64,000 nucleotides of DNA from Azolla caroliniana (lineage: Eukaryota; Plantae; Polypodiophyta), in NCBI GenBank assembly GCA_043228905.1, contig JBHGNT010000009.1, positions 15,624,001-15,688,000 on the forward strand, given 5' to 3'. The translations under genes and the position numbers were made by a program. This document shows positions 26,332-37,100 of the stretch, one piece after another. The first letter of the stretch is position 1. Every line of letters starts with the position of its first letter. The notes beneath the pieces were generated by a model. That model was not told the DNA's origin. It did no database searches and worked only from the letters and a program-made list of their open reading frames with translations.

Positions 26332-29300
26332 TTATGACACTATCCCCCCTTCAAAACGACGAGTTTCACGAGTCGTTTTGGATTGAGGACCCGGTTTCTC
26401 GGGATATCGTCGATGGAAGTCTTCTAGAAGAGCACGAGCATTGGTCACATTCTCGATCGGTTCCCAAGTACGCTCGCTGGGACTATATCCTAGCCAATCG
26501 ACTAGATAGTAGAGCTTGTTGCGAACAATCTTGGAATCGAGGATGGCAGCGACCTCATACTCAGGTCCATCTTCGAGCTCGATAGGAGGTGGAGGTTGTA
26601 TAGTACGTCCTGGGATAGTGCTCTCGTGATAGGGTTCGAGGAGAGAACTATGAAACACCGGGTGTATCCGAAGTTGCGGAGGTAGCTCGAGACGAAAAGC
26701 GACATCATTAATCTTCCCGATAATACGGAAAGGACCTAATCGTCGATAATCCAACTTCTCACATGGGCGAGTAGTCTTGATGTGTCGTCGTAGCAGCCAC
26801 ACCCGATCTCCAATGTTAAAACTGGATGGAAGTCGATGACGATCTGCGTAGTCCTTGTGTGATTGTTGAGCTTGCTGGAGTTGAGTAGATAAATCCGCTT
26901 GTATCTTGTGTAACCGCTCCAAACGATCCTCCGCGTAAGGATTTGTGGACACTTCTGGGGTTTCAAGGACACACCACCGGGGATGATATCCCGTATAAGC
27001 GTAGAATGGCGTGACTTTAGTCGATGCGTGGATAGCGTTATTATAGGCAAATTCGGCGAACGGAAGAATATCTGCCCAGTCATTCTGATGATAGTTGAGA
27101 AAGCACCGCAGATACTGCTCCAGTGTTTGATTTGTTCGTTCGGCTTGACCGTCGGTTTGTGGGTGGTAGCCGGAGGAGAGGTTACAAGTGACCTTCAGCA
27201 TTTTAAAAAGGTGCTTCCAGAATTTTGACACAAACTGGGGTCCACGATCGCTGATGATATTATCAGGGAGTCCATGATGCCGACATACTTCCCGCATGAC
27301 AATTTCGGCGGTGTCTTCACTAGATATTTCTTTAGTACATGGTAAGAAATGAGCCATCTTCGTATATCGATCCACCACTGTGAGAATCGCACTGAATCCC
27401 TTAGAGACTGGAAGATCTGTAATGAAGTCAAGAGCAATGGATTGCCATGGCTTGCTTGGAATTGGTAATGGTTCTAATAAACCATATGGATGATGTCTTG
27501 GCATTTTCGCTCTGCAGCATGTATCGCAAGTCCGAACAAAATCTTCGACAAATTGTCGCATACGGGGCCACCAGAATGATCGTTGTACTAAATCTAATGT
27601 TTTAGTACTACCAAAATGTCCTGCTGTATATGTGTCATGGCAGTTTTGTACTACTCGAAGGCGGCAAGAACCATTAGGAACATACAAAAGTTCTTTAAAG
27701 AAGAGTAATCCATCACAGTATTTGAATTGCCGATAATCCGTACCTGGTGATTGTGATTGTGAACATGACGCTCGAGAGGGGTCAATTTGTGCTAGTATAG
27801 CTTGGGCGAAAGCGTCAGTCTTCAAGTCCTCACGTATAGTATTGGTAATGTCGGAATCCACGGGCATGTCAAAGATCTGTGCTGCTTGCAGTCGTGCTGG
27901 ACCCAAGATTACTTGCTTCTGGTTATCGAAAGCTGGCTCACCGGGACGTGGTGTTAGATACGAACGCCGTGATAATGCATCTGCCTTCCCTTGGTGCTTC
28001 CCCGGACGATATGTAATTTTGAAGTCGAAGCGTGTGAGGAAATGGGCCCACCGAGCTTGACGTCGATTCAGTACACGAGCATCTTGAAAGTAGGCAAGGT
28101 TCTTGTGGTCACTGAATACAGTGACCTGATGAGGAGATCCCTCCAGGAAATGCCTCCATTGCATAAAAGAATCAACTATTGCTAATAGCTCTTTATCATG
28201 AATTTCGTAGTTGATTTCGGCGGCGTCAAACTTACGGGAGTGGAAAGCCACAGGATGTAGCTTCTCGTCGTTACCCTGTTGTGACAGAATGCTCCCCAAT
28301 GCGAAATCCGATGCATCAGCTTCGATAATGAATGGTTTTTCCGGATCCACATGACCTAAAATTGGAGCTGATGTAAACGCCTTCTTAAGACTCTCGAAAG
28401 CCATGTCCGTCTCTTTAGACCAAATGAATGATTGTCCCTTCCTGGTGAGCTGTGTGAGAGGCAGCACAATTTTTGAGTAATTTTGTATGAACTTCCGGTA
28501 GAAATTTGCAAAGCCTAGGAAGCATTGCACATCCCGCACCGAACGCGGAGTGTGCCATTCTATCACCGTTTTGACCTTGGCTGGGTCCATAGATATGCCT
28601 TCTGAGGAGATGACATAGCCGAGAAACTCCACTTGGTTGCACCCGAAACTACATTTCTCTAACTTTGCATACAGACCATGTTCTCGAAGTCGTTTTAGTA
28701 CTAATAGTACATGAGAATCATGTTCTTCTTGGGTCTTTGAATAAACCAGTAGATCATCCAAATAGATGATCAAAAAATCATCCAAGAGGTCTCGAAATAT
28801 ATCATTCGCCATGTGCTGGAAGACTGCCGGCGCATTAGTGAGTCCGAACGGCATGACCGTATACTCGAAGTGCCCATATCTGGTGCGAAACGCGGTCTTC
28901 CATTCATCTCCTGGTCGGATCCGTACGAGGTTATAGGCTCCTCGTAAGTCGATCTTCGTGAAGAACCTGGCACCGTTGATCCGTTCTAAAAGACTTGAGA
29001 TAAGGGGAAGAGCATACCTATTTCTTACTGTGACCTTATTCAAGCCACGGTAATCTACAACGAGTCGAAGCGAGCCATCTTTTTTCTTGACGAAGAAAAT
29101 GGGTGCGCCGGCTGGAGATTTCGAATGCCGAATGAAACCGTTCTCCAAATTCTCCTCTATATAGGCTCGAAGGACTTCTAGCTCGGTTGGTGACAAATTG
29201 TAGATCGGCCCCCATGGCGGCTCTTTTCCCGGTTGTAAGTCGATGGCGCAGTCGTACGGCCGATGATGAGGAAGTGTGTTGGCTTGTACTTTATCGAACA

Positions 29301-29889
29301 CATCAGCATACTGACGATACTTCTCGGGAAGTTGAACGGTGGACTCCTCTTTGGTGGTGCTGGAGGGTTGTACTGATATTGCAAAGAGAAACATTTCCTC
29401 CTTGCGCCCTTCCTCACGCAACTGACGTAGCGAAATGGTTGCAACCTTCTGGGTAGATCCTTGGGTTTGTCGCAACCGGATTTCCCTTGTCCTCCAATCT
29501 ATGTCTGGGTCATGTAACTCGAACCATGGTAATCCTAAAACTATGGGATGTTCTGGAATACTAATAATATTAAATGATACTACACATGTTAAGTTATCTA
29601 GGACAATATTAACGGGTTCCGACTCTTCTATGATATTACCAGAAGCAATGGGACGACCATCAATGACTACTACTGAGGCTGGACATGGGAGCTTTCTTAG
29701 AGATATCTGATGAGCTCGGGCAAAATTCCTATCCATGAAGCAAGAATTAGCTCCGGAATCTAGAAGGGCTAAGGTATGTACTGGAGGGGTACTTTTAGTA
29801 CTAACTGCTACTTGGACTACGAACACATCACTAACTTGCTTAGAGGGAATGGAACCACTAATGGGCTGCACAGATCTAGGGCTGTCCAA
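26332..29889 (-). CDS. pol: Pol (PR-RT-RNase H-IN-chromodomain), probably expressed by -1 frameshift from gag
   Basis: ALLDSGA, YLDD, EADASD, HHCC + DDE integrase, GPF, chromodomain EYEVAAILDS...YLVDWLGY...TWEP. Confidence 0.96.
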   Translation of the reverse strand: MDSPRSVQPISGSIPSKQVSDVFVVQVAVSTKSTPPVHTLALLDSGANSCFMDRNFARAHQISLRKLPCPASVVVIDGRPIASGNIIEESEPVNIVLDNLTCVVSFNIISIPEHPIVLGLPWFELHDPDIDWRTREIRLRQTQGSTQKVATISLRQLREEGRKEEMFLFAISVQPSSTTKEESTVQLPEKYRQYADVFDKVQANTLPHHRPYDCAIDLQPGKEPPWGPIYNLSPTELEVLRAYIEENLENGFIRHSKSPAGAPIFFVKKKDGSLRLVVDYRGLNKVTVRNRYALPLISSLLERINGARFFTKIDLRGAYNLVRIRPGDEWKTAFRTRYGHFEYTVMPFGLTNAPAVFQHMANDIFRDLLDDFLIIYLDDLLVYSKTQEEHDSHVLLVLKRLREHGLYAKLEKCSFGCNQVEFLGYVISSEGISMDPAKVKTVIEWHTPRSVRDVQCFLGFANFYRKFIQNYSKIVLPLTQLTRKGQSFIWSKETDMAFESLKKAFTSAPILGHVDPEKPFIIEADASDFALGSILSQQGNDEKLHPVAFHSRKFDAAEINYEIHDKELLAIVDSFMQWRHFLEGSPHQVTVFSDHKNLAYFQDARVLNRRQARWAHFLTRFDFKITYRPGKHQGKADALSRRSYLTPRPGEPAFDNQKQVILGPARLQAAQIFDMPVDSDITNTIREDLKTDAFAQAILAQIDPSRASCSQSQSPGTDYRQFKYCDGLLFFKELLYVPNGSCRLRVVQNCHDTYTAGHFGSTKTLDLVQRSFWWPRMRQFVEDFVRTCDTCCRAKMPRHHPYGLLEPLPIPSKPWQSIALDFITDLPVSKGFSAILTVVDRYTKMAHFLPCTKEISSEDTAEIVMREVCRHHGLPDNIISDRGPQFVSKFWKHLFKMLKVTCNLSSGYHPQTDGQAERTNQTLEQYLRCFLNYHQNDWADILPFAEFAYNNAIHASTKVTPFYAYTGYHPRWCVLETPEVSTNPYAEDRLERLHKIQADLSTQLQQAQQSHKDYADRHRLPSSFNIGDRVWLLRRHIKTTRPCEKLDYRRLGPFRIIGKINDVAFRLELPPQLRIHPVFHSSLLEPYHESTIPGRTIQPPPPIELEDGPEYEVAAILDSKIVRNKLYYLVDWLGYSPSERTWEPIENVTNARALLEDFHRRYPEKPGPQSKTTRETRRFEGGIVS

Positions 29890-29915
29890 CCAAACGGCTC
29901 CTATTTTGGCTGGAC

Positions 29916-31085
29916 TTAGTCGTTTAACTCTTCTTCTAATTGGCTAAGGACATCAAATTTGTTTGCGAGATTCGGACTATTAGTACTATTAGGACTATTA
30001 TGACTATGAGGATTATCAGAGATTCCTACTGACATAGACTCGGGTTTAGTATAGTCAGAACTAACAATGACTTGGTTTACCTGCCTTCTTGGTCTATGGG
30101 GACAGTTTATCGCGATATGCCCTGGTCCACCGCAATAAAGGCATAATCGGTTTGTTCGGCGTCGTTGCTTTTCCTCCTCCGATAGCGGCCCACGACGACG
30201 TGTAGTGTCAATTTCCATTGGAGTTGGAGTACTTACTGGAGGCGCATTATGTGACTCCCTTTGAAAAGGTTTCGCTACCATTGAGGCATAGGTAGGCTCG
30301 GATCTTGCCCTCGGCATCTGAAATTGTCGTTCCGAACGTCGCTCGAAGAGGCGGTTGTCACATCTGACCGCTCGACTGATTGCTTCTGTTAATGATTTTG
30401 GCTCTTCAGGGAAAGTCAAGAGTAAATCCGTGACATCGTTGCGTAGACCATAGCGGAACTGCTCCATCAATGCTTGATCATCCCAGGGGATATCGGCGGC
30501 GAGTAGGCGGAAATCTGCAGCATATGCGGAGGCTGGACGGTCACCTTGGCGTAATCGCCGGATTTTGTTGATTGCAGTCCTTATGCTGTCAGTATCTCCA
30601 AAACATGCTTTAAACTCACTTATGAATTCTTCAAAATTATTTAGTACTGGAGATTCCTTTTCTAGTAGCGGTGCGAACCATGCTAATGCTGAGCCAGTTA
30701 ACAACGTGCCTACTAAACCCACTCGTGATGCATCGGTGGGATATCGGGACGGATGCATTTGAATAACTAACCGTACCTGGTTAAGAAACCCTCTAAACTG
30801 CGATCGCGTTCCATCGAACTTCGTGGGAAGGCCAATCTTGGGTTCTTTATGAATCCCTTGTGCTCCGTGCCCTTGTTGTTGCATTGCTACGATGGTTGCT
30901 TCGAGTTGTTGCACGCGTAACGCAAGTTCCCCATGCTGTTGTTGCGTTTGCTGCTTTTCTAAGGAAATTTGCTGAAGATCCCCCAACAAGCGTTGATTTT
31001 CTTGTTCCAAAGCATGAAACTTCTCTTTCAAGCATTGAAATTCCGAGAAAACGGATTGATACTCTTCAGCGCTAACGGTGGCCAT
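29916..31085 (-). CDS. gag: Gag (389 aa), retrotransposon gag domain + CCHC knuckle
   Basis: KFDGTRSQFRGFLNQ, LRQGDRPASAYAADF, PTPMEID, CLYCGGPGHIAINC. Confidence 0.95.
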   Translation of the reverse strand: MATVSAEEYQSVFSEFQCLKEKFHALEQENQRLLGDLQQISLEKQQTQQQHGELALRVQQLEATIVAMQQQGHGAQGIHKEPKIGLPTKFDGTRSQFRGFLNQVRLVIQMHPSRYPTDASRVGLVGTLLTGSALAWFAPLLEKESPVLNNFEEFISEFKACFGDTDSIRTAINKIRRLRQGDRPASAYAADFRLLAADIPWDDQALMEQFRYGLRNDVTDLLLTFPEEPKSLTEAISRAVRCDNRLFERRSERQFQMPRARSEPTYASMVAKPFQRESHNAPPVSTPTPMEIDTTRRRGPLSEEEKQRRRTNRLCLYCGGPGHIAINCPHRPRRQVNQVIVSSDYTKPESMSVGISDNPHSHNSPNSTNSPNLANKFDVLSQLEEELND

Positions 31086-31250
31086 GGGATGAAGGAAAAG
31101 GGAAATAAGAGACTAGTAGGAAAGGAGAGAGACAGAAGGAAGAGGGAGACTAGTAGGGGGGGAAATCGGTTCAAACTGTCAGGAACTCTATTAAGGCAGA
31201 GAAGGAATTAGTACTATGAGAGGTGTCGAACTTTGAGAGAAGGAATGAGT

Positions 31251-31296
<46 letters not shown>

Positions 31297-33546
31297 TGAT
31301 GCGAAAGATATATGTATTATATGACGGAAGATATACAACAGTAGTTAGAAGGCTTAAGACTGGCGTTGAACCGATTTGGTTCGAACTAATGCCTTGCGCC
31401 TCCTTTTATAGTGTCTTCAGGAATACTCCTGAAGTTTCTAGAATGTTCCAGAGAAATCTGGAATATACATCAATTTCCTAATAAAACCTAAATGAAAATA
31501 ATATCCTTCAAATTACAACTCATAACCTAATGGTAAAGTCTCGACCCGTGTAACAAAAGGTTATGGGTTCGAGTCTAGTTATGACAAGGCCCGAACAATA
31601 CATGTGCTTAATGATAGATGGCATGGACCAGAAGAAGACATGCTTGCCGCATATGCGGAGGCTCCCCAAAGATGTCAATGATGAGTGCCTTGTTCAAATG
31701 CACTTGGTGGGATGCTTGGCTTATAATAGGTCTGTTTGACCTCACGTCTTCATTACTTACCCCAATGTTCACAATGACCCTAACCTAACAGTTACAGTGA
31801 TTCACCGAGTTTTGATGTCTTGGGGACAACCTTTCCCCCCTGTTCTATACATTCAATTGGACAATACTGCTAGAGAGAACAAAAATTCAACTGTATTTGG
31901 CTATCTAAGTATGTTGGTCAACCTAGAATTGTTTAGGAAAGTGAAAGTCAATTTCCTTTTGGTTGGCCACACACATGACCATATAGATCAGATGTTTAGC
32001 ACATTCTCCAGACAGTTGTCTCGGCATGATGCTTTCACTTTACCTAAACTATTTGATGTCATTTGTGATGCTTATACACCACGCCCAAAAGTGTTACACT
32101 TGAAGGAGGTATATGACTTTAAGAGATATATATTAGATGGGGGTGGTGGGAATGTTAAAGTGCTTGCTCAATTAAACAATATAAGTTTCAATCACATTTT
32201 TTTGATAAAGAAAAATGGAATAAGTGGTTCTACACTTTTGTATGCTAAACAATATTCATCTTCTACAACATGGGAACCTGAAGGTGGTTGCCAGTTATTA
32301 CTTTGTATGCCGAGTACAATTGTCCATGGAGCTAAGCAAATGCCAATTGAGAAGAAAGGACAGTTGCAGAGCGACTTGGTATCAGAACAAAAATGGTCAT
32401 GGGTCCAAGCCTTAGAAGAAAAAAGAAAGCATATTGAGGCCGCCAAGAAATATGCCGCACAACAAGACACGTCATGGTGGGATGTATTTTATAGTGATCA
32501 GAAAGAAATTATAGACAATTGTGTATCTGTTGATAATTGGAATTTGGAAACGCCATTCACATGGTCGCTGCAACATGATTGCGTAAATAGAAGTCCGGAG
32601 CAACTAGTAAATGCGATTAATGACAGCTTGGTCCATCCACAACAAAGAGACATTTATGTGGGACCAAGGATGACGAAAGAAGCCGAAGCTAGATGGCAAG
32701 GAAATTTGCAAGAGCTCACCGCGGGGATGTTGATTGCAAAGCCGGTTGATGAGAACTCACATGGCCACCAATTTTGGGTTGGTAAAATTCTAGAAGTGCT
32801 AATGCATGAAATAGAAAACACGATCAAGTCTATAAATGTTCATTGGTACAACACTAGAAGTGCAAATGCTTTTACAAGTAAGTATACATTGGAGATGATT
32901 GAATGCCAAACAAGAAGGGGAGGTAGGAAGAGGAAGCGAAACATTCGTAACACCTCGACCCTTGATATCTCTGATGTGGATATCATCGTGTACGACTTCA
33001 CACTTACAAAAGCCGGACGATTAAGGAAGTCAACAATAGATATAATAAAAGAAAAATTACCAGGTCTACAAGGTGGCTCGAGTCAAAGGCAAACGAGATC
33101 TACTACATATAATCTAGAGTCAAACCATTTGGTTTATGACGAAGATAATGCACTGATTGGTACATCCGAGGATGATGATGAGGAATCGTCATTGTATATT
33201 AGTTATAGTAGTGATTCTCCGTAAAGGAGTGATCATGAATGTATATTTGGCTATTAAGTGTAACTACATTCCGCTTGTAACAAATCGAGTAATATAAAAT
33301 CATGTGTTTTGAATTCTTATGATTTCTAAAAAATCGTTTCTTATAAAATAACATTGGTTGTAAAGTTTGTGATATAAATTGAGAATGTATGTTTTTGAAA
33401 TTCGTCTTTTTTTAGTTACTTCTAAATCACGAAAATAGTGGATTTTTAACCTTTTTCATAGTATGTTTGAACTTGTATGATACTGGTATCAATGTGTTTT
33501 GTAAAATCATTGAAAAACCCCTAAAATTTCCCTTATCCTTCCATTT

Positions 33547-33582
33547 ATGCGCGATCCTTCCACTTGTGAACGCGAACGTGTT
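33547..33582 (-). repeat. Right terminal inverted repeat
   Basis: ATGCGCGATCCTTCCACTTGTGAACGCGAACGTGTT followed by AAGC. Confidence 0.92.
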
Positions 33583-34116
33583 AAGCATGGATTGCCAAGA
33601 CTCTCTCATCACTATATAAGGATGGGGAGCATGATGTAATAAGGGTGTGGAATATTTGGAAATTGGATATATTTCTAAAAAACACCAATTAATAAACTAT
33701 ATTCGTGAGATTCATAAAATAAACTATACTCGTGGGATTCACGAGGTTTCTATTTCTCTCTATTTCAATCCAAATTCATATTCTTATCTTAATATTGATT
33801 AATCTAATAAAATACATTATACTCATGGGATTCCCGAGGTTTTTTATATCTCTTTCTTATAATCTATTCGTATTCATAACTAGATTAGCCTCAAAATCTT
33901 CCTCCTTGTCCAAAACCCCAGCGGTTCCCACCCGACTCACACAACGATCTGGCGCCGAAAGTCACGACATAGTTGATGAACCCGACGTGAAGATGGGTGG
34001 CAAGGAGATGGAGAATCAACAAGAGGCGATGAATACGATGATGATGATGTTCCAGCGGATGCTACAAGAACAACGAGCGATGTCGGAGATCACAGTGGTA
34101 GTAAAGCGGTTCGTAC

Positions 34117-37100
34117 TGTCAGAACCAAGAGAGAAGGTAAAGTGATAGAAGAAAGATATAAAGAGATCACAAGAAGAGGAATGAAATGATAAGAGAAGAA
34201 TGAATGTCTGAAAGTAGAATAAGAATGGATACAAGATAGGCGATGAGAGCTTAAGACTTGTGTTGATTCGAATCGGTTTTGAGAAGAATTGTATGTCCAT
34301 ATTTATAGGTTCCTATAGAATAACCTAGTGATTTCTATAATGTTCTAGAATGTTCTAGACCTAGAATATTTTAAGATGTTCTAGGATATTCTAGAATGTT
34401 CTAGAACATTTACAATATCAGTCTATTACAAGAAGTAGCTTTTATTATTTCATATAATTATATGCTATCTTAATGGTTAGATTCTTGATTATGTATTACA
34501 AGGTCTTGGGTTCAAGCCCAAGTGAAGCCACATAATGTTCACGGATTCATGACATTATCCCTCCTCTTAAAATGATGGGTGGAAGGAGTTGTTAACAATG
34601 CACGGCTAGGTTTTTTGGGATAGCAATGATGGAAATCGTCAATAAGAGCCTGAGCATTACAAACATTATCGACGGGTTCCCATGTGTGATTGCTCGGAGT
34701 ATAGCCTAGCCAATCAACTAGATAATACAACTTATTGCGCACAATCTTTGAACCAAGAATGGAGGCTACCTAATACTCTGGGCCATCAACAAGTTGGAGA
34801 GGAGGCGGTGGCGACACGACACGATTGGGAATCGAGCTGGTGTGGTAAGGTTCCAAAAGAGAGTTGTGAAAGACCGGATGAAGCTGCAAACTTGCAAGAA
34901 GATCAAGACGGAATGTTGCATCATTAATCCGCTTTGTGATGACAAAAGGATCCAAGCATTTATAATCTAGTTTATCACACGGTCGAGTAGTCTTTATGTG
35001 ACGGTGTAACAACCATACCCGATCACCAACCTTGAATGGAGACAGAAGACGATGTCGATCTGCATGGGCCTTATGTTGGACTTGAGCTTTTTGAAGATGT
35101 GAAGACAACTCAGAGTGAAGGTGTTGTAGTCGGTGGAGGTGTTGCTTTGCACTAGGGTTTGGTGAGATCACTGGAATGTCCAAGAGACATCATCGAGGAT
35201 GGTTGCCAGTATAGGCATAGAAAGGTGTGACCTTGGTAGAAGAGTGTATGGTGTCATTGTATGCAAACTCTGCAAGATGCAATATATGACTCCAATCATC
35301 TTGTTGATAACCGATGAAACATTGAAGATATTGCTCAAGTGTTTGATTTGTGCGCTCTGTTTCGCCATCAGTTTCGGGATGATATGCTGAAGAGAGTTTG
35401 CAAGAGATTCGGAGCCCGTCACATAGGTGCTTCCGAAAGTGAGAGATAAATTGTGGTCCACGATCACTAATTATGTCGTTTGGAAGACCATGATGGCAAA
35501 ATACTTCACGCATAATGATATCTGATGTTTCTCGACTACTGATGCTTTTTACGCAGGGTAGAAAATGTGCCATCTTGGTAAATTGATCCACTACGGTTAA
35601 AATAGCATCAAAACCTTGTGAAGGTGGCAGATCTGTAATGAAATCCATAGTAATTGACTGCCATGGCTTGCTCGGAGTCGGCAATGGTTGTAACAACCCA
35701 TAAGGATGATGGCTAGGCATTTTAGCTCGACAACATGTGTCACATGTGCGAACATAATCTTCAACGAATTGTTGTAAATGAGGCCACCAAAATGATCGCT
35801 CCACTAGCTCCATGGTCTTGGCAATACCAAAGTGTCCGGCCATACGGGCATCATGACAGTGCTCCAACACTCGAAGGTGGGGTGATCCATCAAGGAAATA
35901 AAGTAGATTCTTGTAGAAAAGTAAGTTATCTTGCCACTTGAACTCCTTATAGTGTCGAGATGTCCCTGGCAATGTGGAGCAAAATGCATGATTTGGACCA
36001 AGGTGGGTGAAGACATCCTTAGCAAAATCATCAGAGTTAAGTTGTTGTCGAATAATATCAAGAAGACTTGAATCCAATGGCATGGCACAAACCATGGTTG
36101 CTTGTAGCTTTGTTGGACTAAGGAGAACTTGCTTTTGATTGTCGAAAGATGGATCTCCAGGGGGAAGTGCCAAATATGAGCGTCGAGATAGAGCATCTGC
36201 TTGCCCTTGTTGGTTCCATGGGTGGAAAAATGATCTTGAAATCAAAACGAGTTAAAAATTGCGCCCACTGAGCTTGTCGCCTATTTAGCACTCGAGCTAT
36301 CTGAAAATATGTAAGATTTTTGTGGTCACTTTAAATGATGATTTGATGAGGCGAACCTTCTAGGAAATGTCTCCATTGTGCAAAAGAGTCGACCACAACT
36401 AGTAACTCTTTATCATGCACCTCGTAGTTGATCTCCACAACATTAAACTTTCTTGGGTGAAACACGACTGGATGTAAGTGCCCATCTTCACCTGGTTGTG
36501 ATAGGATGCTCCCTAATGCAAAGTCGGATGCATCTGCCTCAATGATAAATGGCTTTTCTGGATCAACATGAGCTAAGACAAGAGCTGATGTGAATGCCTC
36601 TTTCAACTGAGTAAAGGCTTTGTCTGCTTCAGGAGTCCAAACAAATGCTTGATTTTTGTTGGTGAGTTGAGTAAGTGGCAATACAATCTTCGAATAATTC
36701 CATATGAATTTGTGGTAGAAGTTGGCAAATCCAAGGAAACACTGGACATCGCGAACGGAACTTGGAGTATGCCATTCCAATACTGTTTGAACTTTCGCTG
36801 GATCCATGAAGATACCTTTGTATGAAATGGTATAACCCAAGCACTCAACTTCTTTGCAATCAAAACTGCACTTCTCTAGTTTGGCCAAAAGACCATACTC
36901 TCTTAAGCATTGGAGTACCTTCCGGACATGTATATCATGCTCCGCTTGTGTTCTAGAGTAAATAAATAGATCATCTAAATAGATGATAAGAAAGATATCT
37001 AGAAAATCTCGGAAAATGTCATTTGCCATATGTTGTAACATGGCAGGAGCATTTGTGAGCCCAAAAGGCATAACTGTATACTCAAAATGGCCATATCGAG

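Larger units (their letters stand above)
25908..31586 (-). mobile_element. Intact Tcn1-like chromovirus (Ty3/Gypsy) no. 1
   Basis: LTRs 25908-26339 and 31177-31586 look identical apart from (GA)n length. TSD AGGCC, PPT at ~26340-26352, open gag and pol with a chromodomain. Confidence 0.97.
24760..33224 (+). pseudogene. DDE/DDD-type transposase (Sola-like/DUF7869-type by motif recall), ~926 codons, split by the Gypsy at 25908-31586 and carrying one TGA at 31737
   Basis: Removing the insertion plus one AGGCC TSD fuses 24760-25907 to 31592-33224 in frame (KCLKRP-EQYMCLMIDGMDQKKTCLP). Motifs DGMDQ, LYIQLDNTARENKN and FLLVGHTHDHIDQMFS. N-terminal Cys/His motifs (CCARGC, CRVAF, CSIC...H). Confidence 0.85.
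18790..33582. mobile_element. TIR DNA transposon (~9.1 kb without the nested Gypsy) carrying a transposase, a ParB-like/DNA methyltransferase gene and a palindrome array
   Basis: 36-bp TIRs at 18790-18825 and 33547-33582 (35/36 identical), AAGC direct repeat at 18786-18789 and 33583-33586, and a transposase-like ORF inside. Confidence 0.9.

Noticed and set aside
31516-31586. Functional tRNA gene in the chromovirus LTR
   Set aside because: A/B boxes are present, but the acceptor, anticodon and T stems do not form a proper cloverleaf; reported only as a tRNA-like module.
33577-33586. TTAA (piggyBac/Sola3-type) target site at the right TIR
   Set aside because: The left end reads GCAA, not TTAA; AAGC is a perfect duplication on both sides. 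Caveat: the left TIR is only 22 bp from an assembly gap.
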